64,000 nt of DNA from Nannocystis sp. Its GTDB lineage: Bacteria > Myxococcota_A > Polyangia > Nannocystales > Nannocystaceae. Positions 38,042-46,124 of the stretch are shown piece after piece. A model generated the notes under the pieces. The model ran no database searches and was not told the DNA's origin. It was given only the letters and a program-made list of their open reading frames with translations. The stretch spans positions 4,669 through 68,668 of the forward strand of contig NZ_JADJNN010000008.1 in the NCBI RefSeq assembly GCF_016714285.1, given 5' to 3'. The stretch's first letter is position 1; each line of letters opens with the position of its first letter. A program made the translations under genes and the position numbers.

Positions 38042-39571
38042 TCAGGGCGTGAAGGCGTGGTCGAGGGTCAGGCCGCCCTGGTTTTGCGAGAAGCGGTGGC
38101 GGCGAAACAGGTCGGCGATGCAGCGGGCGGCCGGGCTGCTGGCGAGGGTGGCGGTGGCCCGGGCGGCGCCGCTGGGGTCGATCTCGACGCGGACCGGGAA
38201 CTGCTGACCCTTGATCAGGCGGGTGTGCTGGGCCAGGCAGGCGCGGGCCTTCGGGGCGATCTTGCGGTCGATCTCCTTGCGCACGGCGGCGACTTGCAGA
38301 CGCACGGGGCGGGGCGGCTCGCTCGCGGCTGGTTCGACGCGCGGGGGCGGAGCGCGGGTCGCAGGCGGGGCGGGCGGGGCGAGGTGCAGGGGCAGGCGCG
38401 GCGCAGGGACGGGCTCGGCGAGCGCGAGCGGCGGGGCGGGGGCGTCGGTCTGGAGCTGCTCGGGCGCGGCGGGGATGAGGGCCCAGGTGAGCGCGCCGGT
38501 CGCGAGGACGACCAGCAGGGCGGCGCCGAGGTAGATGCCGAGGGGACGGCGACGCGTCGGGGGGACGGGTCGGTGGGCGCGCGAGGCCTCGCGGCGCATG
38601 GCCGTGAGGTACGAGCCGGTCGGCACGGCGCCGCTCTCGATCGCGATCTGCAGGGTGTCGGGATCGAGGGTGGCGGCGACGGCCTCGGCGAGCTCGGCCA
38701 TGCTCTGGAAGCGCTGGGCGGGGTCCTTCTCGAGGCTGCGGAGGACCAGGGCGTCGACGGCCTCGGACACGCGCGCGGGGATCTTGCTGCGCAGCGGGGC
38801 CGGGCGGTGCTGGAGGTGGCCGAGCAGGATGTCGGCGAGGGCCTCGCCGGTGAACGGGCGCTCGCCGAGGAGGAGCTCGTACATGAGGATGCCGAGCGCG
38901 TAGATGTCGACGCGGTGGTCGGCGGTCTTGCCGGAGAGGAGCTCGGGGGCGACGTAGGCGGCTGTGCCGTAGACGGAGCCGCTGACGGTGCGCGGACGGT
39001 CGCCGTGGAGGTTGCCGGCGAGGTCCTTGGCGATGCCGAAGTCGATGATCTTGACGTAGTCTTGGGCGCCGTTGAAGTCGGTGACGACGCAGTTCTCGGG
39101 TTTGATGTCGCGGTGGACGATGCCGCGGGCGTGGGTCGCGGTGAGGGCGTCGCAGATCTGCAGGACCATCGGGCCGAGCCGGGCCCACGGGAGCGGGCCG
39201 CTGCGCGCGAGCAGGGTCGCGAGGTCCTCGCCGTCGAGCAGCTCCATCGCCATGTAGGCGAGGCCCTCGGGGGTGAAGCCGACGTCGATGATGTCGACGA
39301 CGTGGGGGTTTCGCACCAGCGAGGCGGCGCGGGCCTCCTGCAGGAAGCGACGGACGACGTCGGGCTGCACGGCCTGGTCGGGGTGGAGGATCTTGATGGC
39401 GAGCTGGCGGCCGACGGCGACGTGCTCGGCGAGGTAGACGGTGGCCATGCCGCCGTCGCTGAGGTGCTCGAGGATGCGGTAGCGGTCCGCGATCACGGTG
39501 CCGACCGGGTCGTCGAAGCGCAGGGCTCCGGCGGGCAGGCTGTCGGACGCAGGGGGTGTGGTCGGGACCAT
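38042..39571 (-). CDS. Ser/Thr protein kinase with TM segment and C-terminal extracytoplasmic domain
   Basis: ATG 39571 (MVPTTPPASD...). Kinase motifs YRILEHLSDGGMATVY, AIK, HRDIKPEN, DFGIA, APE. TM helix LGIYLGAALLVVLATGALTWAL. ~130-aa C-terminal domain. The upstream extension to 39727 in the track would overlap the neighbouring gene. Confidence 0.85.
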   Translation of the reverse strand: MVPTTPPASDSLPAGALRFDDPVGTVIADRYRILEHLSDGGMATVYLAEHVAVGRQLAIKILHPDQAVQPDVVRRFLQEARAASLVRNPHVVDIIDVGFTPEGLAYMAMELLDGEDLATLLARSGPLPWARLGPMVLQICDALTATHARGIVHRDIKPENCVVTDFNGAQDYVKIIDFGIAKDLAGNLHGDRPRTVSGSVYGTAAYVAPELLSGKTADHRVDIYALGILMYELLLGERPFTGEALADILLGHLQHRPAPLRSKIPARVSEAVDALVLRSLEKDPAQRFQSMAELAEAVAATLDPDTLQIAIESGAVPTGSYLTAMRREASRAHRPVPPTRRRPLGIYLGAALLVVLATGALTWALIPAAPEQLQTDAPAPPLALAEPVPAPRLPLHLAPPAPPATRAPPPRVEPAASEPPRPVRLQVAAVRKEIDRKIAPKARACLAQHTRLIKGQQFPVRVEIDPSGAARATATLASSPAARCIADLFRRHRFSQNQGGLTLDHAFTP

Positions 39572-39614
39572 CGAGCCCCGGGATCCTAGCCAGGTTTGAG
39601 CGCGTGAACGTTGG

Positions 39615-40541
39615 CTAAAAGCGCAGACCGAGGCCGCCGGGGCCGACGGCGACGCGGGTCCGCGGCCGCGTCTTGGCGAGGGCCATGAGGGCCGCACCGG
39701 CGACGAGGGTGACGCCAGCCAGGACACCGCCGACGACGGCGAGGCGGTTGCCGGCGCGGCCGCGCTGGATCAGGCCCTCGGCGAGCAGGGCGTCGATATC
39801 GCGCCCGGGATCGGCGGCTCGCTCGTCGCGCAGGCGGGACTCGGCGTGGGCGCCGACGCCGAGGCCGGTGGCGAACAGGGCGAGGCAGAGGCCGCCGGCG
39901 CCGAGCAGGGCGGCGCCGGCGATCACCCGCGGGTCGGGGCCGGGGACCGGGGCGGGGGCGAGGCGCAGCGGGGGTGCACGCGGCGGTGGCACCTCGGCGA
40001 CGGGCTGGTCTTCGGGACAGGTCGCTTCGGCCAGCTGGGCGTCGAGCTCGTCGCGCAGCTGGAGCGCCTGGCGCACGCCGTCGAGCTCGTGGGCGGCGAG
40101 GCCGTGGGCCGCGTCGGCGGCGGCGAGGTAGTCGCGGACGAGGGTGCGGGCGCGACACAGCTGCGCGGGGTCGTGGCTGCGGGCGTGGGCCTGGCGGCGG
40201 GCGGCGACGCTGTCGAGGAGGGCGAGGGCGCGGCTCTCGTGGGTCTCGCGCGACTCGACGAGCAGGGCGAGGACCTCGGCGTAGCGGTCGGCGGCGGCGG
40301 CGAAGTCACCGGCCTGGGTGGCCTCGTTGGCGGCGCCGTAGATCGCCTCCAGGCGGGCGCGCTCGTCGGATGGCGGCGCCTCGCTGCTGTGGGCGCCGGC
40401 GTGGGCCGGGGTCGCGAGGGCGAGGACGACGGCGGCGATCAGGGTCCGCAGGCCCCTGGCGCCCTGGCGGGCACCCGCCTGCAGGCCCGCTGGGCCGCGA
40501 TCCTGGCGCTTTCGCGGGCAAATGCGAGCCGCAAGGTACAC
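39615..40541 (-). CDS. hypothetical secreted/membrane protein (helical, Ala-rich)
   Basis: 308-aa ORF with signal-like LRTLIAAVVLALATPAHA and a C-terminal TM region. Stop 44 bp upstream of the kinase start. Confidence 0.55.
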   Translation of the reverse strand: MYLAARICPRKRQDRGPAGLQAGARQGARGLRTLIAAVVLALATPAHAGAHSSEAPPSDERARLEAIYGAANEATQAGDFAAAADRYAEVLALLVESRETHESRALALLDSVAARRQAHARSHDPAQLCRARTLVRDYLAAADAAHGLAAHELDGVRQALQLRDELDAQLAEATCPEDQPVAEVPPPRAPPLRLAPAPVPGPDPRVIAGAALLGAGGLCLALFATGLGVGAHAESRLRDERAADPGRDIDALLAEGLIQRGRAGNRLAVVGGVLAGVTLVAGAALMALAKTRPRTRVAVGPGGLGLRF

Positions 40542-40604
40542 CGGTGTGCAGGATCACCGATGGCCGGCCCCGGTGCAAGCCGACGAGGGTGATAGCATCG
40601 GCCG

Positions 40605-40952
40605 ATGTTCGCGCGGAGCCAGCGACGAGCCGGCCGGCGCTCGCTGAGGGGCGCCGCGGGGCTGGCTCTCGGGGGGCTGCTCGGCTGCTTCGTGCCGGAT
40701 TTCCTGGCTTATACGCCGTGCCTGAGCGCGGACAGCTGCGCGGAGGCCGGGCTGCTCGGCTGCCTGTTGCCGCCGGCGGACAGCGGCCTGCGCGGGCTGT
40801 GCACGCTGGCCTGCGAGGACGACGCGGGCTGTCCGGAGCCGGCCGACGGCGACGCGCCGGCTCGCTGCGCGGGGGTCGGCGAGCGGCACCTGTGTGTCCT
40901 TTCGTGCATGGACGGAGAGACATGTCCCGAGGACATCTTTGCGCCGCGGTGA
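40605..40952 (+). CDS. small Cys-rich lipoprotein
   Basis: Lipobox LGGLLGC; 10 Cys in 115 aa. Confidence 0.45.
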   Translation: MFARSQRRAGRRSLRGAAGLALGGLLGCFVPDFLAYTPCLSADSCAEAGLLGCLLPPADSGLRGLCTLACEDDAGCPEPADGDAPARCAGVGERHLCVLSCMDGETCPEDIFAPR

Positions 40953-40961
40953 CAGGCGTCG

Positions 40962-42587
40962 ATGGCGGGACGGCGTCGCTGTGCTTCCCGGAGGCGGCGC
41001 CGTGAGGGGCTGGGGCGGCTGTGGTCGGCGGGCCTTTGGCGCGGGTTGTGGCTGGGGCTGGGGCTGGTGCCGGTGGTGGCGGCGGCGATGGTGCCGGTGC
41101 ACGCGCAGCAGCAGCCGATCGTGGCGCCCGTGCGCGGGGCGGGCGATCAGTTCGGGTCGGCGATCGCGGTCGACGGCGACTTCGCGGTGATTGGCGCGCC
41201 GACGCGGACCTCGGTGTACCTGGGCGCGGGCGCGTTCTATCTCCTGCAGCGCAGCGGCGACACCTGGACGGTGACGCTGACCTACGACGAGCTGACGACG
41301 ACGAGCCCGAACCGGGCGCTCGGGAGCTCGCTGGCGATCCGCGGTGATCTGCTGGCCGTGGGGGCGCCCGGGGCCAACGCCGTCGGGCAGACCTACCTGT
41401 ACCGCTACACGCGGGGGCTCGGCTGGACGATGGCGACGCTGCTCGGGTCGCCGCTGCCGACGGTGGGGGCCCGCTTCGGCGCGGCGGTCGGGGTGGCGCA
41501 GGGGCAGGTGCTGGTCGGCGAGACGGTCGAGAGCTTGCCGCCGGTCGACATGGTGACGGGCAAGGCCCATGTGTTCGACGAGGCGAGCAGCTGGGTCGCC
41601 ACGCAGACGCTGACGCCGGTCGACAGCGAGGCCGGCGATCGCTTCGGGCTGGCGATCGCGGTCGACGGCGACATCGCGGTGATCGGGGCGCCAGGCAAGG
41701 AGGGGGCGCGCGGGGCGGCCTATGTGTGGACGCGCTTCGGCGCGACGTGGACGCAGGCGCAGAAGCTGGTGATCGCGGGCGACCGGGTGATCGACGACTT
41801 CTTCGGGCAGACGGTGGCGGTGGCGGGGGAGCGGGTGCTGGTCGGGGCGTACGGCCGCAATGGTCAGCTCGGGGCGGCGTACCTGTTCGTGCGCAGCGGC
41901 GACACCTGGACGCAGACGCAGGAGCTGACCGCGGACGAGCCGACGATGTTCGAGGTGTTCGGCGGGCGGGTGGCGCTGACGTCCGAGCACGCGCTGGTGG
42001 CCGGCTGGGGCTACGAGTTCGTCGACGCGATCGGCTCGCGCGGGGGCGGGTACCTGTTTCGCGGCAGCGGCGAGGCGCTGACAATGCTGGCGGCGCTGCG
42101 GGCCGACGACGGGGTGCCGGGCGATCTGCTCGGCGTCGGCGCGGCGCTGTCCGACCAGGCGGCGCTGCTCGGCGCGCCCTTCGACGACGCGCCGGCCAAT
42201 CCGCCCAACATGAGCAAGGCGCCTGGCTCGGCGCAGGTGTTCGGGCTGCTGCAGGCGGTCGGGGAGGGCTGCGTCGACGACCTCGACTGCGGGGCGGAGG
42301 CCCGCTGCTGCGAGGATGTGTGCGCCGAGGTGTCGCTGTGCGCGGTGGCCGGCTCGAGCAGCGGCGGGGGCGAGGGGTCGAGCGGCGGGGCGGCGACGAC
42401 GCCGACGACCGGCGGTCCAGAGCAAGGCAGCAGCGGGACGGGCCCGCCGGGCGTGAGCTTCGAGCCGGGTGAGGCGGGCTGCGCCTGCGGGGCGACGCGG
42501 CCCAGCGGCGTCGCCGCCGCGTGGTGCTTCGCGCTGCTGCTGAGTTTGCGCAGGCGACGGGTGGCGAGTCGCCGGGTCGGGATGTAA
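40962..42587 (+). CDS. FG-GAP (integrin-alpha-like) repeat protein with MYXO-CTERM sorting signal
   Basis: Signal peptide. Repeats FGSAIAVDGDFAVIGAP, FGLAIAVDGDIAVIGAP, FGQTVAVAGERVLVGA. C-terminus GCACGATRPSGVAAAWCFALLLSLRRRRV is a MYXO-CTERM (Gly-Cys motif, hydrophobic helix, Arg cluster). Confidence 0.8.
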   Translation: MAGRRRCASRRRRREGLGRLWSAGLWRGLWLGLGLVPVVAAAMVPVHAQQQPIVAPVRGAGDQFGSAIAVDGDFAVIGAPTRTSVYLGAGAFYLLQRSGDTWTVTLTYDELTTTSPNRALGSSLAIRGDLLAVGAPGANAVGQTYLYRYTRGLGWTMATLLGSPLPTVGARFGAAVGVAQGQVLVGETVESLPPVDMVTGKAHVFDEASSWVATQTLTPVDSEAGDRFGLAIAVDGDIAVIGAPGKEGARGAAYVWTRFGATWTQAQKLVIAGDRVIDDFFGQTVAVAGERVLVGAYGRNGQLGAAYLFVRSGDTWTQTQELTADEPTMFEVFGGRVALTSEHALVAGWGYEFVDAIGSRGGGYLFRGSGEALTMLAALRADDGVPGDLLGVGAALSDQAALLGAPFDDAPANPPNMSKAPGSAQVFGLLQAVGEGCVDDLDCGAEARCCEDVCAEVSLCAVAGSSSGGGEGSSGGAATTPTTGGPEQGSSGTGPPGVSFEPGEAGCACGATRPSGVAAAWCFALLLSLRRRRVASRRVGM

Positions 42588-42637
42588 GAGTTTCATTGCC
42601 GCTGCAACGAGGGCGGCGTCGCGGACGAACGCCGGCC

Positions 42638-44497
42638 ATGCACACACGCAACACGGCAGCGATCATCGGGATCGGGATGATGTGGGTCGCGCTCGTCGCT
42701 GGCTGTTACACCGGGGCGGTGGCGCAGGAGGCGAGCGAGGGCGGTGAGATCGAGGGCAGCGGGGGCAGCGGCGGCAGCGGGGGCGCGGCGGGTGAGAGCA
42801 GCGGCGAGGTCGGCGAGAGCAGCGGCGGTGAGTCCGAGGGGCGCATGCTGGACGCGGGCAACCAGGCGCCGGAGATCGTCGACCCGGGGCCGCAGAGCGT
42901 CGCAGAGGATGAGTCGCTGGCGCTGGCGCTGACGGTCCACGATCCCGACGGCGATCCGCTGCGGGTGTGGGCGCTGGGGCTGCCGCCCGGGGCCAGCTGG
43001 GACGAGCCGGCGCGGGTGCTGCGGTTCCGGCCGGACTTCATCCAGGGCGGGCAGCAATGGACGGTGACGATCGTCGCCGACGACGGGGCGCGCCGCAGCA
43101 CGCTCGCGGTGGAGGTCGCGGCGAGCGACAGCATCCGTCCGCCCGAACCGGAGATCCTCGGGGTCGAGGAGCTCGACGGCTTCACTCGCATCACCCTGTC
43201 GCAGATCCCGGACGACTACCTGGCGAGCCCGGGCAACGCCGGCCAGGAGTTCGCTGCGTTCGTGATGGTGCCGGCGTTCATGGACGAGGCTGAGCGCTTC
43301 CCGGTGCGGATCGGGCTGCACGGGATCGGCACCGCGACGCCGCCGAGCAGCGGCAGCGCCAGCGAGTTTCGCATCGGCCCGCACGACCCGGACAACACCT
43401 ACTGGTGGGGCTACGACGCCGGCCTGCCGGACGCCGACCCGCTCGGCGTGGACGTGCCGGACTACACGCAGCGGCGGGTGATGCACCTGCTCGGCTGGGT
43501 GCTGGAGTCGTATCCGCAGGCCGACGCGGGGCGGGTGTACGTGGCCGGGAGCTCGATGGGCGGGGCCGGGGCGATGACGCTGGGGCTGTGGTACGCGCGG
43601 CACTTCGCGTACCTGAGCGCGCAGCTCGGGCAGTCGGTGCCGCGCAACCACCGGCCGTCCCGCGTGGCCCAGCTCGAGGGGCTGTGGGGTCCGAGCGACG
43701 CGCCGGTGTGGGACAGCCTCGACCTGACGTGGGTGCTGGCGACGTCGGCGGAGGCGCGCGAGCAGTACCTGTTCGTGCGGCACGGCAAGGACGACCCGAC
43801 GATCCACTTCGGGGCCGCGGTGCGGGCGAGCCCGCGGACCGGCGAGCGCTTCTACGACGCGCTGCAGGGGCTGGCGGTCGGGCACCTCGCGGTGTGGGAC
43901 GAGGGGGCGCACGGTCCGGCGGACCCGAAGCTCGGCGCGGGCTGGTGGGACGAGAGCTTCTCGCCGATCTACGACGGGACCAGCTTCCTGCGCAGCGACC
44001 TCGCGTTCCCGGCCTTCAGCCTGTCGTCGGCGGACGGCGATCCGGGCGACGGCGGCGGCAACGGCAAGCAGAGCTGGGACGTGAACGCCGGCTACGCGGG
44101 CGTGCTGGAGGTGGCGGGGGACACCGGCTGGAACGGCGAGATCGCGGGGGCGCTCAATCGTTTCTTGCGCTGGGACGCGACCGCGATCGTCGACACGCTC
44201 GACCGCTTCGCCGTGCCGCTGCACGTCCACGACGGCGACGGTGAGGATGCGCCGGCGGCCGGGTACCCGAGCCGTGGCGATCGCTTCGACGGCGAGCTGC
44301 CGGTGGTGGTCGACGTGACGCCGCGGCGAGTGCAGGCGTTTCGTCTGCGGCCGGGCGAGGTGGTGGCGTGGCGCTTCGGCGCGCAGTCGGGCGAGGCGAG
44401 CGCGAACGCGACGGGCGAGCTGACGATCCCGGGGCTCGAGCTGGGGCTCGACTGGCAGCTGCTCGAGCTGCGTCGGGTGGCGATCCTGGTGCGCTGA
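42638..44497 (+). CDS. secreted lipoprotein with alpha/beta-hydrolase (esterase/depolymerase-like) domain
   Basis: ATG 42638 gives MHTRNTAAIIGIGMMWVALVAGC (lipobox). Gly/Ser/Glu-rich linker. Nucleophile elbow GSSMGG (GxSxG) and a His near the C-terminus. Confidence 0.75.
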   Translation: MHTRNTAAIIGIGMMWVALVAGCYTGAVAQEASEGGEIEGSGGSGGSGGAAGESSGEVGESSGGESEGRMLDAGNQAPEIVDPGPQSVAEDESLALALTVHDPDGDPLRVWALGLPPGASWDEPARVLRFRPDFIQGGQQWTVTIVADDGARRSTLAVEVAASDSIRPPEPEILGVEELDGFTRITLSQIPDDYLASPGNAGQEFAAFVMVPAFMDEAERFPVRIGLHGIGTATPPSSGSASEFRIGPHDPDNTYWWGYDAGLPDADPLGVDVPDYTQRRVMHLLGWVLESYPQADAGRVYVAGSSMGGAGAMTLGLWYARHFAYLSAQLGQSVPRNHRPSRVAQLEGLWGPSDAPVWDSLDLTWVLATSAEAREQYLFVRHGKDDPTIHFGAAVRASPRTGERFYDALQGLAVGHLAVWDEGAHGPADPKLGAGWWDESFSPIYDGTSFLRSDLAFPAFSLSSADGDPGDGGGNGKQSWDVNAGYAGVLEVAGDTGWNGEIAGALNRFLRWDATAIVDTLDRFAVPLHVHDGDGEDAPAAGYPSRGDRFDGELPVVVDVTPRRVQAFRLRPGEVVAWRFGAQSGEASANATGELTIPGLELGLDWQLLELRRVAILVR

Positions 44498-44529
44498 GCG
44501 ACGGGTGAGGGCCGCGGGGGCGCTGCGGC

Positions 44530-45072
44530 TCAGGGCGCCGGCTGGCCGTCGCGGCGGGCCTCGCTGAGCAGGCGCTCGAGCAGCTGGATCTGCTGCTGTT
44601 GCATCTGCACGAGCTCGGACCACTGGCGCTCGCGCAGGAGGTCGAGCTTCTCGTGGAGGTAGCGGATCTCGAGCTCGGCCTTGAGGTTGACCTCGTAGTC
44701 GTGGGCGGCGTCGGCCCGGTCGCGGGCGGCCTGGCGGTTCTGCGACATGAGGATGACCGGGGCCTGGAGGGCGGCGAGCATCGACAGGGCGAGGTTTAGC
44801 AGGATGAAGGGGAAGGGGTCGAAGGCGCCGCGGCCGAGCGAGATGTTGAAGACGATCCACACGGCGAGCACGCCGAGGCAGATCAGGATGAAGGTCCACG
44901 AGCCGCCGAAGCTGGCGATGCGGTCGGCGATGCGCTCGCCGAAGGTGCGCTCGTCGTCGAGGGCCTGCTGAACGTCGCGGCTGATCGCCGTTCCGGCCCG
45001 CAGGGCCTCGACGACGCGGAGCTCCTGGGCGTCGAGTTCACGGGGGTCGCCGGTCGGCTCGGGGGGCTGCAT
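44530..45072 (-). CDS. DUF1003-family membrane protein
   Basis: 180 aa. Two TM helices (WTFILICLGVLAVWIVFNISLG, FPFILLNLALSMLAALQAPVILMSQNR), then a coiled-coil; matches the DUF1003 pattern from memory. Confidence 0.7.
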   Translation of the reverse strand: MQPPEPTGDPRELDAQELRVVEALRAGTAISRDVQQALDDERTFGERIADRIASFGGSWTFILICLGVLAVWIVFNISLGRGAFDPFPFILLNLALSMLAALQAPVILMSQNRQAARDRADAAHDYEVNLKAELEIRYLHEKLDLLRERQWSELVQMQQQQIQLLERLLSEARRDGQPAP

Positions 45073-45084
45073 GGCCTGGCGAGC

Positions 45085-46113
45085 CTACACCGGCGGTCTG
45101 CGGTTCAGGAGGTGGCGATCACGGCGAGGCCCAGGACGACAGGTAGGGGACGAAGGGAGCAGGCCGACGCGCACGAGCAGGGTCATGAGGGCGCGCAGGG
45201 TCAGGCTGCCGACCGCGAAGCTGGCGGCGAAGCCGAGGGCGTAGCTGGTCGGGGCGATGCTCGTGGCGCTGCCGTGCTGCCACAGGTCGAGCGACTCCTT
45301 GAGCGAGGCGCCGAGGATCGCGGGGATCGCGAGCAGGAAGGAGAAGCGGGCCGCGGGCAGGCGACCGAGGCCGAGGGCCATCGCCGCGGCCATGGTCGTG
45401 CCGCTGCGCGAGACGCCGGGGAGGATCGCGACCAGCTGGGCGAGGCCGATGACGAGGCCCTGCCACGGGCGCGGGGCCTCGAGGCTGGCGACGCTGTCGT
45501 CGCGCCGGTGCGAGAAGGCGAGCAGGGCGGCGGTGATGAGGAAGCCGCAGCCGATCCAGCGGGTGCTGGTCTCGGCGGCGAGGACGATCGCCATGGTGGT
45601 GTCGCTGAGCGCGAGGGCCAGCGGGAGGGTGCCGACGATCAGGGCGAACAGGAGGGCGCGGGCGGTGTTCAGCGGCGGGCCGACGCGCGCGGGGACCAGG
45701 TCGCGCGAGGGGCCAGGTGGGGGGCCAGGGTTAGCACCTGGCCCATCGGACAGGTCGTCGGCGAGCGCGGGGCCAGTGTGTGGGCCTGGCCGTGAACCTG
45801 CCCCATTGGACAGGTCGTCGGCGAGCGCGAGGGGGTCGCCGACGGGGGCTGTGGGGGTCCCGGTGTGGTGGACGATCGCGACCTGGCGCGGCTGGAACAC
45901 GGCGCGGGCGAGGGCGCCGAGGTCGTGGCGGTAGAACAGCAGGACGGCGACCAGGGTGCCGGCGTGGACGACGATGTTGAAGGTGTGGCCGCCGCTGGCC
46001 GCGTCGACGCCGAGCCAGGTCTGGGCCAGGGCGAGGTGGCCCGAGGAGGAGATCGGGAGGAACTCGGCGACGCCCTGGAGTGCGCCGAGGGCGAGGGCCA
46101 GCAGCGGGCCCAT
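45085..46113 (-). CDS. uppP: undecaprenyl-diphosphatase (UppP/BacA) carrying an ~80-aa in-frame low-complexity insertion
   Basis: ATG 46113 (MGPLLALALGALQGVAEFLPISSSGHL, the BacA N-terminal motif). Later BacA motifs (PGVSRSGTTM, FSFLLAIP). The insertion (QPRQVAIVHHTGTPTAPVGDPLALADDLS...GPPPGPSRDL) is encoded by GGACAGGTCGTCGGCGAGCGCG direct repeats at 45745-45835. Confidence 0.85.
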   Translation of the reverse strand: MGPLLALALGALQGVAEFLPISSSGHLALAQTWLGVDAASGGHTFNIVVHAGTLVAVLLFYRHDLGALARAVFQPRQVAIVHHTGTPTAPVGDPLALADDLSNGAGSRPGPHTGPALADDLSDGPGANPGPPPGPSRDLVPARVGPPLNTARALLFALIVGTLPLALALSDTTMAIVLAAETSTRWIGCGFLITAALLAFSHRRDDSVASLEAPRPWQGLVIGLAQLVAILPGVSRSGTTMAAAMALGLGRLPAARFSFLLAIPAILGASLKESLDLWQHGSATSIAPTSYALGFAASFAVGSLTLRALMTLLVRVGLLPSSPTCRPGPRRDRHLLNRRPPV

Positions 46114-46124
46114 GCCGGGGTCGC

